Source: Pseudomonadales bacterium
GTDB lineage: Bacteria; Pseudomonadota; Gammaproteobacteria; Pseudomonadales; UBA7239
Direction of reading: 5' to 3'
Assembly (NCBI GenBank): GCA_020443005.1
Contig: JAGRJA010000398.1
Coordinates: forward strand, 1-33,795
Length of the DNA stretch: 33,795 nt
In this document: in pieces, positions 8,730-17,773 of the stretch
Numbering within the stretch: the first letter of the stretch is position 1
How the letters are laid out: each line of letters begins with the position of its first letter
Program-made: the position numbers and the translations under genes
The notes under the pieces: generated by a model
What the model was told of the DNA's origin: nothing
The model's database searches: none
Seen by the model: only the letters and a program-made list of their open reading frames with translations

Positions 8730-10202
8730 ATGCTTGGTTTTGGAAAAGACAAAAAAGCCGAGTCAGCGGAAGCTGGCGATGTTTCCAGTGTGGTCGATAA
8801 AACTGTTCACAAGCAGGTGCCCGAGACTGAAAAACCGGTGAATGAGGCCGAAAAGAAGGGTTTTTTTGGCAAGCTTTTTGGGCGAAAAAAAGAAGAATCG
8901 GAAGCATTGGTTTCTGAAGCGAGTGCCGCAGTTCCTGATGAGATTGTGAAGCATGAACCGGTCAAGCAGGAAGACCGGGCCGGGCAAGAAGTTGTGCCAG
9001 AAGAAGCGGGGCGCCCAGCAGGGCAGCAGAAACCCGCTGAAGCAGTATCGTCTGTTGAAACCAGTGCACCTGCTGAACAAATTTCGCCGCAACCTTCCGG
9101 TGTTCCTGCGTCATCATTAACAGAGCCGGCATTGATCGGGAATGTTGAACAAGCGTCTGCGGGGCGAGAGCCCTCTGCATTGTCGGACACCGAGCCAGCA
9201 CTTGCTGAAAGCCCGGCCATCGCTGGCCAAGAGCAGTCTGTTAGCGGTGAGCAGGAAAAAGCAGGTATTTTCTCCAGAATCAAAAAAGGTTTGGGAAAAA
9301 CCGGCAGCGTGATTGCGGAAGGTGTCGGCAGTCTGGTGCTGGGTAAAAAAGTCATTGATGACGAGCTGATGGAAGAGCTGGAGACCCGGTTGTTAATGGC
9401 CGATGTCGGTATTGATGCGACGACGGAGGTTATCGAGAAACTGGCAAAACGGGTTGCACGCAAACAGCTCGATAATGCCGATGCGCTTTACGAAGCCCTG
9501 AAAGAAACGCTTTTTGATATGCTGGTCAGCTGCGAACAGCCGTTGCAACTGTCGACTCACAAGCCTTTCGTGTTGCTGGTTGTCGGGGTTAACGGCGTGG
9601 GGAAAACCACAACGATTGGTAAAATGGCCAGACAGTTCCAGCGTCAGGGTAAATCGGTTCTGCTGGCGGCCGGAGATACTTTTCGTGCAGCGGCCGTTGA
9701 GCAACTTCAGGTGTGGGGAGAACGCAATGATGTGCCGGTCGTTGCCCAGCATACAGGTGCTGATAGTGCTTCCGTCATTTTTGATGCTGTGGCTGCGGCC
9801 CGTTCCCGCAATATTGATATTGTGATTGCTGATACGGCGGGTCGTCTTCATAACAAAAGCAACCTGATGGAAGAACTGAAGAAGGTGAGCCGTGTCATTG
9901 GCAAACTTGATGATACAGCCCCGCATGAAGTATTGCTGGTGCTGGATGCCGGTACCGGTCAAAACGCCATTTCACAGGCAGAACAGTTCCAGCAGGCAGT
10001 GAATGTGACAGGTATCGCCTTGACCAAGCTGGATGGCACCGCAAAGGGAGGCGTAATCTTCGCGCTATGCAAGCGTCTGGGTCTGCCGGTCCGCTATGTT
10101 GGTGTTGGCGAGGGCGTTGAAGATTTACAGGTTTTCAATGCTCGCCGGTTTGTGGATGCGCTTTTTGCTTCTGTGAGTGAATCAGAAAAAAAGCATGATT
10201 AA
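8730..10202 (+). CDS. ftsY: Signal recognition particle receptor FtsY
   Basis: Likely start is MLGFGKDKKAE at ATG 8730; the track ORF starts at TTG 8655. It has an acidic, Pro/Glu-rich A domain followed by an NG domain with GVNGVGKTTTIGK, DTAGR and TKLDGTAKGG. Confidence 0.93.
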   Translation: MLGFGKDKKAESAEAGDVSSVVDKTVHKQVPETEKPVNEAEKKGFFGKLFGRKKEESEALVSEASAAVPDEIVKHEPVKQEDRAGQEVVPEEAGRPAGQQKPAEAVSSVETSAPAEQISPQPSGVPASSLTEPALIGNVEQASAGREPSALSDTEPALAESPAIAGQEQSVSGEQEKAGIFSRIKKGLGKTGSVIAEGVGSLVLGKKVIDDELMEELETRLLMADVGIDATTEVIEKLAKRVARKQLDNADALYEALKETLFDMLVSCEQPLQLSTHKPFVLLVVGVNGVGKTTTIGKMARQFQRQGKSVLLAAGDTFRAAAVEQLQVWGERNDVPVVAQHTGADSASVIFDAVAAARSRNIDIVIADTAGRLHNKSNLMEELKKVSRVIGKLDDTAPHEVLLVLDAGTGQNAISQAEQFQQAVNVTGIALTKLDGTAKGGVIFALCKRLGLPVRYVGVGEGVEDLQVFNARRFVDALFASVSESEKKHD

Positions 10203-10869
10203 ATTCGATAATGTCAGCAAGCGTTATTCTACAGGGCACGAGGCGCTCAGTCGGGTCAGTTTTCATGTTGGGCGCGGTGAAATGGTTTTTCTCACAGGGC
10301 ATTCAGGTGCCGGAAAAAGCACGCTTCTGAAACTGCTGATGTTGATGGAGCGGCCTACCGTTGGCCAGGTAATTGTTTCTGGACATAATATAGGTCGTTT
10401 CAAGGCTTCCCGCATTCCCTACTACAGGCGGAATGTCGGTGTGGTCTTCCAGGATCACCAGCTGTTGTTTGATCGCACTGTCTTTGACAATGTGGCTCTG
10501 CCCCTGATGGTCAGTGGTTACAGTCGCCGTGAGATAGGTCGCCGTGTCCGGGCAGCGCTCGATAAAGTCGGTTTGCTGGAGAGGGAAAAGTCATTGCCGA
10601 TTGCGCTTTCGGGTGGTGAACAGCAGCGGGTTGGCATTGCGAGAGCGGTTGTTAACAAGCCGCCACTTCTTCTTGCCGACGAGCCAACGGGCAACCTCGA
10701 CCCCGAACTCTCTGCTGAAATTATGCATCTTTTTGAAGACTTTAACCGGGTTGGGGTTACTGTCTTGATCGCTACTCATGATCTGGAGCTGGTACACAGA
10801 ATGGCCTATCGGGAAATGGTGTTGCATGCCGGGCAGGTTGTTACCGAAACGGGTGACGCGAATGGCTAA
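10195..10869 (+). CDS. ftsE: Cell division ATP-binding protein FtsE
   Basis: MIKFDNVSKRY, Walker A GHSGAGKST, ABC signature LSGGEQQR, Walker B LLLADEPTGNLD. ATG 10195 overlaps the ftsY stop by 8 nt. Confidence 0.95.
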   Translation: MIKFDNVSKRYSTGHEALSRVSFHVGRGEMVFLTGHSGAGKSTLLKLLMLMERPTVGQVIVSGHNIGRFKASRIPYYRRNVGVVFQDHQLLFDRTVFDNVALPLMVSGYSRREIGRRVRAALDKVGLLEREKSLPIALSGGEQQRVGIARAVVNKPPLLLADEPTGNLDPELSAEIMHLFEDFNRVGVTVLIATHDLELVHRMAYREMVLHAGQVVTETGDANG

Positions 10870-11875
10870 AGTGTCGGTAAAAAGAGCCCCTTCCCCGGAG
10901 CGCAGCGTCGACAGGCTTAAAGGTAAAGGCGCGTCAATTGCCAAAGTCGGTGTGCAGAACAAAATGGATTCCTGGCGGGCACACCATGCCTATTCGGCGA
11001 AAATCAGCTTGCGTGACTTGCTGGCCTCCCCCTTGCAAAGCATCATGATAGGGCTTGTGATTGCGATTGCCCTCTCCCTGCCTGGAGCCCTGCTGATTGT
11101 CATTGATAATGTGCAGGCACTGGGAGAGCGCTGGAATGGCGGGGCGGGGATTACGGTTTTTCTCGAACAGAATGTCAGCCCTTCTGTTGTCGCCGGCCTC
11201 AATGATCAATTGGCGGCGAGAGAAGGCATGAAACATATTGAGTACATTTCCCCCGAGCAGGCTCTGGAGGAATTCGGTCAGGCTTCCGGTTTTGCCGATG
11301 TACTGTCACTGCTTGATGAGAACCCCTTGCCGGGTGTGTTTCTGTTGCAGCCCGATCCCTCATTTCCCGGCTCTGGGTTGCCGGCACTGCTGGAGAGCCT
11401 GCGTGACATGGAGGGTATTGCCTGGGTTCAGATGGATCTGGAGTGGGTGCAGAAACTGGATTCCATCATGTCTCTGGCACAGCGAATCACCTCTATTCTT
11501 TCATTGGTGCTGGTGTTGGGTATTGTTTTGTCTGTTGGCAATACCATCAGTCTCGCGATTGAAAGTCGTCGGGATGAAATTGTCGTGTCAAAACTGGTCG
11601 GCGCTACAGATGCTTTTGTCAGGCGGCCTTTTCTCTATACCGGGGTCTGGTACGGCCTGGCCGGAGGGATAATCGCTGTTGGTCTTCTGTTTGTAATGAC
11701 GGGAATGCTCGATGGGCCTGTGTCACGCCTGTCGGCACTTTACCAGAGTGATTTTGAGCTGAGCGGTCTTGACCTGCAATCCGCTGCCTTGATGCTCCTG
11801 GCGAGTCTTTTTCTCGGTTATGGCGGTGCCTGGCTCGCTGTGAGTCGGCACCTGCATGATATCCAGCCCCGGTAA
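10862..11875 (+). CDS. ftsX: Cell division permease-like protein FtsX
   Basis: ATG 10862 overlaps the ftsE stop by 8 nt. It has a basic N-terminus, TM1, a periplasmic domain and three C-terminal TMs, which is the typical FtsX topology and position. Confidence 0.9.
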   Translation: MAKVSVKRAPSPERSVDRLKGKGASIAKVGVQNKMDSWRAHHAYSAKISLRDLLASPLQSIMIGLVIAIALSLPGALLIVIDNVQALGERWNGGAGITVFLEQNVSPSVVAGLNDQLAAREGMKHIEYISPEQALEEFGQASGFADVLSLLDENPLPGVFLLQPDPSFPGSGLPALLESLRDMEGIAWVQMDLEWVQKLDSIMSLAQRITSILSLVLVLGIVLSVGNTISLAIESRRDEIVVSKLVGATDAFVRRPFLYTGVWYGLAGGIIAVGLLFVMTGMLDGPVSRLSALYQSDFELSGLDLQSAALMLLASLFLGYGGAWLAVSRHLHDIQPR

Positions 11876-11916
11876 ACCTGTATCGGGTTATTGGTTCGCT
11901 GCTGGTGCGCCTTAAC

Positions 11917-11944
11917 GGAACTTTTGCCAGAGTTAGCACTCTTA
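11917..11944 (+). promoter_or_regulatory. Sigma-E (RpoE/AlgU)-type promoter candidate for rpoH
   Basis: GGAACTT (11917-11923), a 16-nt spacer, then TCTTA (11940-11944). The consensus is GGAACTT-N16-TCAAA/TCTGA. It is the only GGAACTT in an intergenic region of this window. Confidence 0.45.
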
Positions 11945-11960
11945 CTCGGGGGAGTGCTAA
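11933..11960. promoter_or_regulatory. CIRCE-like operator (HrcA-type inverted repeat) with a 10-nt spacer
   Basis: TTAGCACTC-ttactcgggg-GAGTGCTAA read directly. Both 9-nt arms are identical to the canonical CIRCE consensus TTAGCACTC-N9-GAGTGCTAA. It lies 28 nt upstream of the rpoH ATG. Confidence 0.6.
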
Positions 11961-11988
11961 AATGCGCCGATTACAGAAGGAGGATTGT

Positions 11989-12852
11989 ATGAGTTATCAA
12001 TTACAGCCTGTGAATCTGATGTCACCGGGGGCCAATATTGCCAGCTATATGCAGGCAATTCATGCTATCCCGATACTGACCGCTGATGAGGAGAATGCTC
12101 TGGCGGAGCGTTTGTATTACAAGGATGATCTCGAGGCTGCTCGCCAGCTGGTTATGTCCCACTTGCGGTTTGTTGTCCATATTGCGCGCAGCTATAACGG
12201 TTATGGCCTGAGTCAGGCGGATCTGATTCAGGAAGGCAATGTGGGTTTGATGAAAGCGGTAAAACGCTTTAATCCCGAAAAAGGGGTGAGGCTCATTTCG
12301 TTTGCTGTTCATTGGATCAAAGCTGAAATCCATGAGTTTATTTTGAAAAACTGGCGAATTGTTAAAGTTGCAACAACCAAGGCGCAGCGCAAATTGTTTT
12401 TTAACTTGCGTGGCCAGAAAAAAAGCCTTAACTGGTTGACCAATGATGAGGCAGAAGCGGTAGCAACTGATCTGGGTGTCAAGGTCAAGCAGGTTCGGGA
12501 AATGGAAAGTCGTCTCAGCGCTTATGACATGGGTTTTGATGTCGGGGCTGATGATAGTGATGACGATGCATGGCAGGCTCCGGTTAATTATCTGGAAGAT
12601 CATTCGGCAGACCCCGCCCTGATGCTGGAGAATGATAATTGGCAAAGTAATTCCGAAGACAGGTTGTATCAGGTGCTTGATGACCTGGACGAGCGAAGCA
12701 GGGATATTCTTCAGCAACGCTGGCTCGCTGACAACAAGGCTACCTTGCACGATCTTGCTGCGAAATATGATGTGTCGGCAGAGCGTATTCGCCAGCTTGA
12801 AAAAAATGCAATGGTCAAAATGAAGGCTGCAATGGGAGCGTTCAGCGCCTGA
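11989..12852 (+). CDS. rpoH: RNA polymerase sigma-32 factor
   Basis: AGGAGG lies 6 nt upstream of ATG 11989. The N-terminus is [24 protein letters not shown], the RpoH box QRKLFFNLR is present, and regions 2 to 4 are recognisable. It follows ftsYEX as in E. coli and Pseudomonas. Confidence 0.95.
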   Translation: MSYQLQPVNLMSPGANIASYMQAIHAIPILTADEENALAERLYYKDDLEAARQLVMSHLRFVVHIARSYNGYGLSQADLIQEGNVGLMKAVKRFNPEKGVRLISFAVHWIKAEIHEFILKNWRIVKVATTKAQRKLFFNLRGQKKSLNWLTNDEAEAVATDLGVKVKQVREMESRLSAYDMGFDVGADDSDDDAWQAPVNYLEDHSADPALMLENDNWQSNSEDRLYQVLDDLDERSRDILQQRWLADNKATLHDLAAKYDVSAERIRQLEKNAMVKMKAAMGAFSA

Positions 12853-12894
12853 TGGCCCTCGCCAGAAGTAACGCCACCCCCTTGATGTAAACTG

Positions 12895-12925
12895 AAAAGG
12901 CCGCTCGCAGCGGCTTTTTTGTTTT
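12895..12925 (+). terminator. Rho-independent terminator after rpoH
   Basis: AAAAG-GCCGCT-cgc-AGCGGC-TTTTTTGTTTT, with the stem at 12900-12914. Confidence 0.75.
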
Positions 12926-13010
12926 GTACAGCTTTGTTTTGTACTGCGCATTCTGGCTTACAGGGGTGTCAGTCAGTAGAATGTAGCCCCTTTCAGGAAA
13001 ACGCGGTTTG

Positions 13011-13406
13011 ATGGCACGATATACTTTGTTTATTGCTTCGATAAGTGCTTTTTTGGCGGTAGCCATGGGGGCCTTTGGTGCACATGCGCTGAAAACAGTG
13101 TTGGATGACAAGATGATGGCTGTTTACAAAACAGCCGTCTTGTATCAGTTTGTTCATTCTCTGGCGTTGTTCGCGCTTGCCATACTGGTTTTGCTTGTCG
13201 GGCGCTCCAATCTGTTGTTGGGGAGTGTCGCCAGTTTTAGCGTCGGAATCATCCTGTTTAGCGGTAGTCTTTATGTTCTGGCAATCAGTGGAAATGCATT
13301 TTTTGGTCTGTTGACGCCTTTGGGCGGGCTGGCACTGTTAGCGGGCTGGCTCTTGCTGGCCGTATTTGCTTGTCGTCTTTCGAGAGGGAGCCCGAGTGAA
13401 AATTGA
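13011..13406 (+). CDS. DUF423-family inner-membrane protein (YgdD-like)
   Basis: About 131 aa with 4 TMs. Motifs MGAFGAHAL, LYQFVHSLAL and FSGSLY are typical of DUF423. It occupies the same position upstream of thiS-thiG as in Pseudomonas. Confidence 0.8.
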   Translation: MARYTLFIASISAFLAVAMGAFGAHALKTVLDDKMMAVYKTAVLYQFVHSLALFALAILVLLVGRSNLLLGSVASFSVGIILFSGSLYVLAISGNAFFGLLTPLGGLALLAGWLLLAVFACRLSRGSPSEN

Positions 13407-13596
13407 ATTGAACGGTTCCGCCCTTGAGGTGGCGGATACACTCACTGTCGCGGAACTCTTGTTGCAATTATCGCTGACGAACAGACGGGTTGCAGTGGAA
13501 GTTAATCTCGACATTATTCCCCGGAGTGAGTATGCGAATTACCACTTGGCTCAGGGTGACCGCGTGGAAATTGTGCATGCTATCGGTGGCGGGTAA
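13396..13596 (+). CDS. thiS: Sulfur carrier protein ThiS
   Basis: 66 aa from GTG 13396: (M)KIELNGSALEV...VEIVHAIGGG, ending in Gly-Gly. The start overlaps the DUF423 stop by 11 nt. The track's ATG 13366 is an alternative. Confidence 0.85.
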   Translation: MKIELNGSALEVADTLTVAELLLQLSLTNRRVAVEVNLDIIPRSEYANYHLAQGDRVEIVHAIGGG

Positions 13597-13604
13597 TTAC
13601 CTGA

Positions 13605-14417
13605 ATGAAGAAAATAGCTGGAGAAAACGAAGTGCAAGATAACACCCCTTTACTGATAGCCGGTGTGGCTTACCAGTCGCGTCTGATTGTCGGGACAGGA
13701 AAATACAAGGATATGCAGGAAACAGCAGAAGCGATAGCTGCCTCCGGTGCTGAAATGGTGACAGTAGCCATTCGCAGAACCAATATTGGCCAGAACCCGG
13801 ATGAACCCAGCCTGCTCGATGTGATATCCCCTGAAAAATACACAATTCTGCCCAATACAGCGGGTTGTTATACAGCTGAAGAAGCGGTCAGAACCTGCAG
13901 GCTGGCCAGAGAGCTTTTGGGTGGCCACAAGCTGGTCAAGCTGGAAGTGCTTGGAGACCAGAAAACGCTTTACCCGAATATAACCGAAACGCTCAAGGCG
14001 GCCGAAAAGCTGGTGGCTGAAGGTTTTGATGTTATGGTTTACACGACGGACGACCCTCTGATGGCCTTGCGGCTCGAAGAAATGGGTTGTGTGGCAGTGA
14101 TGCCCTTGGGGGCGCCTATCGGTTCGGGTCTTGGTATTTGTAACCCCTACAACATTCGCTTGATTCTGGAAAATGCGTCGGTTCCGATTATCGTTGATGC
14201 CGGAGTGGGTACCGCGTCGGATGCAACGGTTGCCATGGAGCTGGGTTGCGAGGGTGTGCTGATGAACACGGCAATTGCCAAGGCTCAGAACCCGGTGCTG
14301 ATGGCTTCGGCCATGAAAAAGGCGGTTGAGTCGGGTCGGGAGGCTTTTCTGGCCGGAAGAATGCCGCGCAGGCTTTATGCAAGCGCGTCTTCACCGGTTG
14401 AAGGCCTCGTAAGCTGA
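13605..14417 (+). CDS. thiG: Thiazole synthase
   Basis: 270 aa with [25 protein letters not shown] and [13 protein letters not shown]. Confidence 0.95.
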   Translation: MKKIAGENEVQDNTPLLIAGVAYQSRLIVGTGKYKDMQETAEAIAASGAEMVTVAIRRTNIGQNPDEPSLLDVISPEKYTILPNTAGCYTAEEAVRTCRLARELLGGHKLVKLEVLGDQKTLYPNITETLKAAEKLVAEGFDVMVYTTDDPLMALRLEEMGCVAVMPLGAPIGSGLGICNPYNIRLILENASVPIIVDAGVGTASDATVAMELGCEGVLMNTAIAKAQNPVLMASAMKKAVESGREAFLAGRMPRRLYASASSPVEGLVS

Positions 14418-15130
14418 TGCAGCATGGCACTCAATCAGTGGTGATCCAGCCAGAATTCAGAAAACGGGATATTCGCTCCTATGTGATTCGCGGGGGGCGG
14501 ATGACAGAAGGGCAGCAGAGCGCTTTTGCCCGGTATTGGCCTGTTTACGGGTTGAGTATCGATCATGGTCAAATTTCCACCCAAAGCATTTTTGGCAACA
14601 GTAATCCACTGGTTGTCGAAATTGGTTATGGCATGGGAGACTCCCTGCTTGAGATGGCGATTGCCGGCCCCGAGCTGAATTTTTTGGGGATTGAGGTGCA
14701 TCCTCCCGGTGTCGGACGACTGATCAATGAAGCGGGAAAGCGTCAGTTGCCCAATATCAGAACCTATTGTGCTGATGCGATTGATGTTTTGTCTGATTGT
14801 TTGGCGCAAGGCTGTGTCGATCGTGTACAGCTGTTTTTTCCTGACCCGTGGCATAAAAAAAAGCATCATAAACGACGCATTGTTCAGCCGGCGTTTATCG
14901 AGCTTGTTGCGAAGTGTCTGAAAGCGGACGGCGTTTTTCATCTTTGTACTGACTGGCAGCCCTATGCCCAGCAGATGATGGAAGAAATGTCGGCGAGTGA
15001 CAAATTCAGGAATTGTGCCGGCGAGGGGCAATACAGTTCGCGTCCGTCATATCGCCCTGTGACGAAATTTGAAAGAAGAGGAGAGCGTTTGGGGCACGGG
15101 GTCTGGGATCTTCTGTTCAGCAAAAAGTAA
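14417..15130 (+). CDS. trmB: tRNA (guanine46-N7)-methyltransferase
   Basis: 237 aa with EIGYGMG and FFPDPWHKKKHHKRR. The ATG shares 1 nt with the thiG TGA. Confidence 0.95.
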   Translation: MQHGTQSVVIQPEFRKRDIRSYVIRGGRMTEGQQSAFARYWPVYGLSIDHGQISTQSIFGNSNPLVVEIGYGMGDSLLEMAIAGPELNFLGIEVHPPGVGRLINEAGKRQLPNIRTYCADAIDVLSDCLAQGCVDRVQLFFPDPWHKKKHHKRRIVQPAFIELVAKCLKADGVFHLCTDWQPYAQQMMEEMSASDKFRNCAGEGQYSSRPSYRPVTKFERRGERLGHGVWDLLFSKK

Positions 15131-15147
15131 AAATGCAGTTCCTTTTT

Positions 15148-15178
15148 TCGGGATATTTCTGTATCCCGATTTGAATTT
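15148..15178 (+). terminator. Candidate terminator after trmB
   Basis: TCGGGATA-tttctg-TATCCCGA (8-bp stem, 15148-15169) followed by TTTGAATTTG. The T tract is interrupted. Confidence 0.5.
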
Positions 15179-15325
15179 GTGGTCTGCAGCTGTGTTAGAA
15201 TTGACCGATTGGTTAACCGCAGTATTTGCACTTATCGTGTATACCTGCTCGATGTGACACCGGGTTAATAGTAATTGGCTTAAAGACGCTGTATCCGGTT
15301 TTCCGGCAGGTTAAAGGAGGCATAA

Positions 15326-15655
15326 ATGACACAACCAGCAGGCAGCAAGCGTGATGCGATTAACAAATGTATTGCCCTGAAAAAGATGCCCCATATTTTT
15401 GAAAAGCTGAAAAATGTTTGGGGCTACCCCGAGTTCTTTGGTTTTATCGACGGGCTGCTTCTTGTCGAGCCCGGCAGGGACCGAGCCGGTTTTCCCGAAG
15501 GGGTTTACAAGGAGCTGGATGCCCTTGAGAGAATTTTTCTGAAGTTCCCCGATGAAGTTGCCGCGCCTGAACTGGATAGAAATGAACGCGAAAAGCTTAA
15601 AGCTATTATCAAGGAAAAAGAAATAAAGTTGAATTACACTATCGGAGAACGATAG
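15326..15655 (+). CDS. Small soluble hypothetical protein (109 aa), function unknown
   Basis: Strong RBS AAAGGAGG 6 nt before the ATG. The sequence is protein-like and not low-complexity (...VWGYPEFFGFIDGLLLVEPGRDRAGFPEGVYKELDALERIF...). I do not recognise the family. Confidence 0.6.
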   Translation: MTQPAGSKRDAINKCIALKKMPHIFEKLKNVWGYPEFFGFIDGLLLVEPGRDRAGFPEGVYKELDALERIFLKFPDEVAAPELDRNEREKLKAIIKEKEIKLNYTIGER

Positions 15656-15789
15656 GCTTTTGTTCGCCGGTTTTCACCGCTTTTTCACAGTCCACACCGC
15701 CTTTAATTCTTTTATTTCAATACAGCAAGTCCGAGTCTTTTTTTCGTTGACGACGGTTGATCGAGGTTATTCCCGCCCTCCGGCCTCGC

Positions 15790-17124
15790 TCAAAGTATAA
15801 AGCGACTGAGATCTTCGTCGTTGGCGAGTTCGCCAAGATGTGCGTTGACATAATCGGCATCAATCACAATTGTTCGGCTGTTGCTATCTGCACCCCGGTC
15901 TGCCGCGTCGAATGAAATGTCTTCGAGTAATCGTTCCATCACAGTGTGCAAGCGCCGGGCGCCTATATTTTCAGTTCTTTCGTTGACTTCCCAGGCGGTT
16001 CTGGCTATCTCGCGGATGCCTTCAGGGCTGAATGATAATGCCACATTTTCAGTGCCGAGCAATGCGATATATTGCTCGGTCAAGGATGCGTCCGGTTCAA
16101 CAAGAATTCGTTCGAAATCATCCGTTGTCAGGGCATCCAGTTCAACGCGAATAGGCATTCTTCCTTGCAGCTCGGGAATCAGGTCAGAAGGTTTTGCAAG
16201 ATGGAAGGCACCCGATGAGATGAAAAGGATATGATCCGTTTTGATCATGCCGTATTTTGTAGAAACGGTTGACCCTTCAATCAATGGCAGCAAATCTCTT
16301 TGAACGCCTTCGCGTGATATGTCGGTTCCACCACCCTCACTGCGTTTTGCAACCTTGTCGATTTCGTCGATGAAAACGATGCCGTTTTGTTCTGCACTCT
16401 GGATCGCCCGGTTTTTCAATTCATCCTCATTGAGCATTTTCATGGCTTCTTCATCTTTTGCCATTTTTAATGCTGCCTTGACCGTCATTTTCTGCCGTTT
16501 TTTGCGCTCACCGTTCATGGAGGAGAACATGCTTTGCAACTGGCTGGTCATGTCTTCCATGCCCGGTGGTGCCATGATTTCAACCCCGACCTGGGGTGCA
16601 TTGAGTTCTATTTCGATTTCCTTGTCGTCCAGCTCGCCTTCGCGGAGTTTTTTCCGGAACATCTGACGAGTGGTGTTGTCCTTGTCTTTTTCTGTTTCCT
16701 GCCCTCGGGCGGGGGGGAGCAGCACATCGAGAATCCGTTCTTCAGCATGGTCGAGTGCACGGTGCTCAACCTTGCTGATTTCCTGCTCCTTGACCAGTTT
16801 GATGGATACTTCCACGAGATCCCTGATAATGGACTCGACATCGCGCCCCACATAGCCGACTTCAGTGAATTTTGTGGCTTCCACCTTTATGAAAGGTGCG
16901 TTGGCGAGTTTGGCCAGTCGTCTGGCGATTTCGGTTTTGCCGACGCCGGTCGGGCCTATCATCAGAATATTTTTTGGTGTGATTTCATTGCGCAGTTTTT
17001 CGTCAATCTGCATGCGGCGCCAACGGTTGCGCAAGGCGATGGCTACGGCCCTTTTGGCTGCATTCTGGCCAATGATGTGTTTGTCGAGTTCGTGAACAAT
17101 TTCTCTGGGAGTCATGTCTGGCAT
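15790..17124 (-). CDS. hslU: ATP-dependent protease ATPase subunit HslU
   Basis: [20 protein letters not shown], close to E. coli MSEMTPREIV. Walker A is [15 protein letters not shown] and IVFIDEIDK is present. Length is 444 aa. Confidence 0.97.
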   Translation of the reverse strand: MPDMTPREIVHELDKHIIGQNAAKRAVAIALRNRWRRMQIDEKLRNEITPKNILMIGPTGVGKTEIARRLAKLANAPFIKVEATKFTEVGYVGRDVESIIRDLVEVSIKLVKEQEISKVEHRALDHAEERILDVLLPPARGQETEKDKDNTTRQMFRKKLREGELDDKEIEIELNAPQVGVEIMAPPGMEDMTSQLQSMFSSMNGERKKRQKMTVKAALKMAKDEEAMKMLNEDELKNRAIQSAEQNGIVFIDEIDKVAKRSEGGGTDISREGVQRDLLPLIEGSTVSTKYGMIKTDHILFISSGAFHLAKPSDLIPELQGRMPIRVELDALTTDDFERILVEPDASLTEQYIALLGTENVALSFSPEGIREIARTAWEVNERTENIGARRLHTVMERLLEDISFDAADRGADSNSRTIVIDADYVNAHLGELANDEDLSRFIL

Positions 17125-17182
17125 TGTGAACTAAAGCCCTGTTGGTTGATGCTTTTTAATGATGATTGGCGCTTGGTGCTGA

Positions 17183-17716
17183 TTACAACTCTTCGATGGT
17201 TCGGTTGTGGTTGGTGTAGATACAAATATCTGCAGCAATTTCCAGACCTTTTTCAACAATACTTCTTGCGTCCATGTCGGTGCACTGGATAAGAGCTTTT
17301 GCGGCAGACTGTGCAAACGGGCCGCCGGAGCCAATTGCAATCAGGTTGTCTTCGGGTTCGATGACATCGCCATTGCCGGTAATGATCAGCGAATGGTCTT
17401 TATCGGCAACAGCAAGCAGGGCTTCAAGGCGGCGAAGGGCGCGATCCGTACGCCAGTCTTTGGCGAGTTCCACGGCGGCCCGCAACAGTTGACCCTGGTG
17501 TTTTTCGAGTTTGGCTTCAAATCGCTCGAAAAGGGTGAATGCATCGGCAGTGCCACCTGCAAAACCGGCAATCACCTGGTTTTTGTAGAGACGACGAACC
17601 TTGCGCGCGTTACCTTTCATAACGGTGTTGCCAAGGGAAACCTGACCGTCACCACCGATGACAACAGAATTGCCACGACGAACAGAAAGAATCGTTGTAC
17701 CTCGGTATTGTTCCAC
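17183..17716 (-). CDS. hslV: ATP-dependent protease peptidase subunit HslV
   Basis: GTG 17716 is preceded by GAGG 6 nt upstream and gives (M)[41 protein letters not shown]. The track ORF starts 10 codons further upstream at GTG 17746. Confidence 0.92.
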   Translation of the reverse strand: MEQYRGTTILSVRRGNSVVIGGDGQVSLGNTVMKGNARKVRRLYKNQVIAGFAGGTADAFTLFERFEAKLEKHQGQLLRAAVELAKDWRTDRALRRLEALLAVADKDHSLIITGNGDVIEPEDNLIAIGSGGPFAQSAAKALIQCTDMDARSIVEKGLEIAADICIYTNHNRTIEEL

Positions 17717-17740
17717 AAATAACCTCTGGAAATTGTCTGG

Positions 17741-17773
17741 AATCACTCAAGGTTGGGGTTATCTTGAGTGATT
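17741..17773. repeat. 11-bp perfect inverted repeat AATCACTCAAG-N11-CTTGAGTGATT between the SPOR gene and hslV
   Basis: Read directly: arms at 17741-17751 and 17763-17773, with loop gttggggttat. Confidence 0.85.

Noticed and set aside
12022-12951. 309-aa ORF antisense to the whole of rpoH.
   Set aside because: The translation is Cys/Ile/Phe-rich with no motifs and lies fully within a strongly supported gene. It is the typical shadow frame opposite a conserved CDS, and it has no RBS.
12926-13010. Possible TPP riboswitch upstream of DUF423-thiS-thiG. A GGGGTG...CCCCT stem is present.
   Set aside because: It lacks the conserved CUGAGA and ACCUGAUCUGGAUAAUGCCAGCG-type cores, and only a 5-bp stem is present.
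13310-13325. TGGCAC-containing sequences, here and at 24401-24414, as sigma-54 promoters.
   Set aside because: The GG-to-GC spacing is 8 nt rather than 10, and the first lies inside a CDS.
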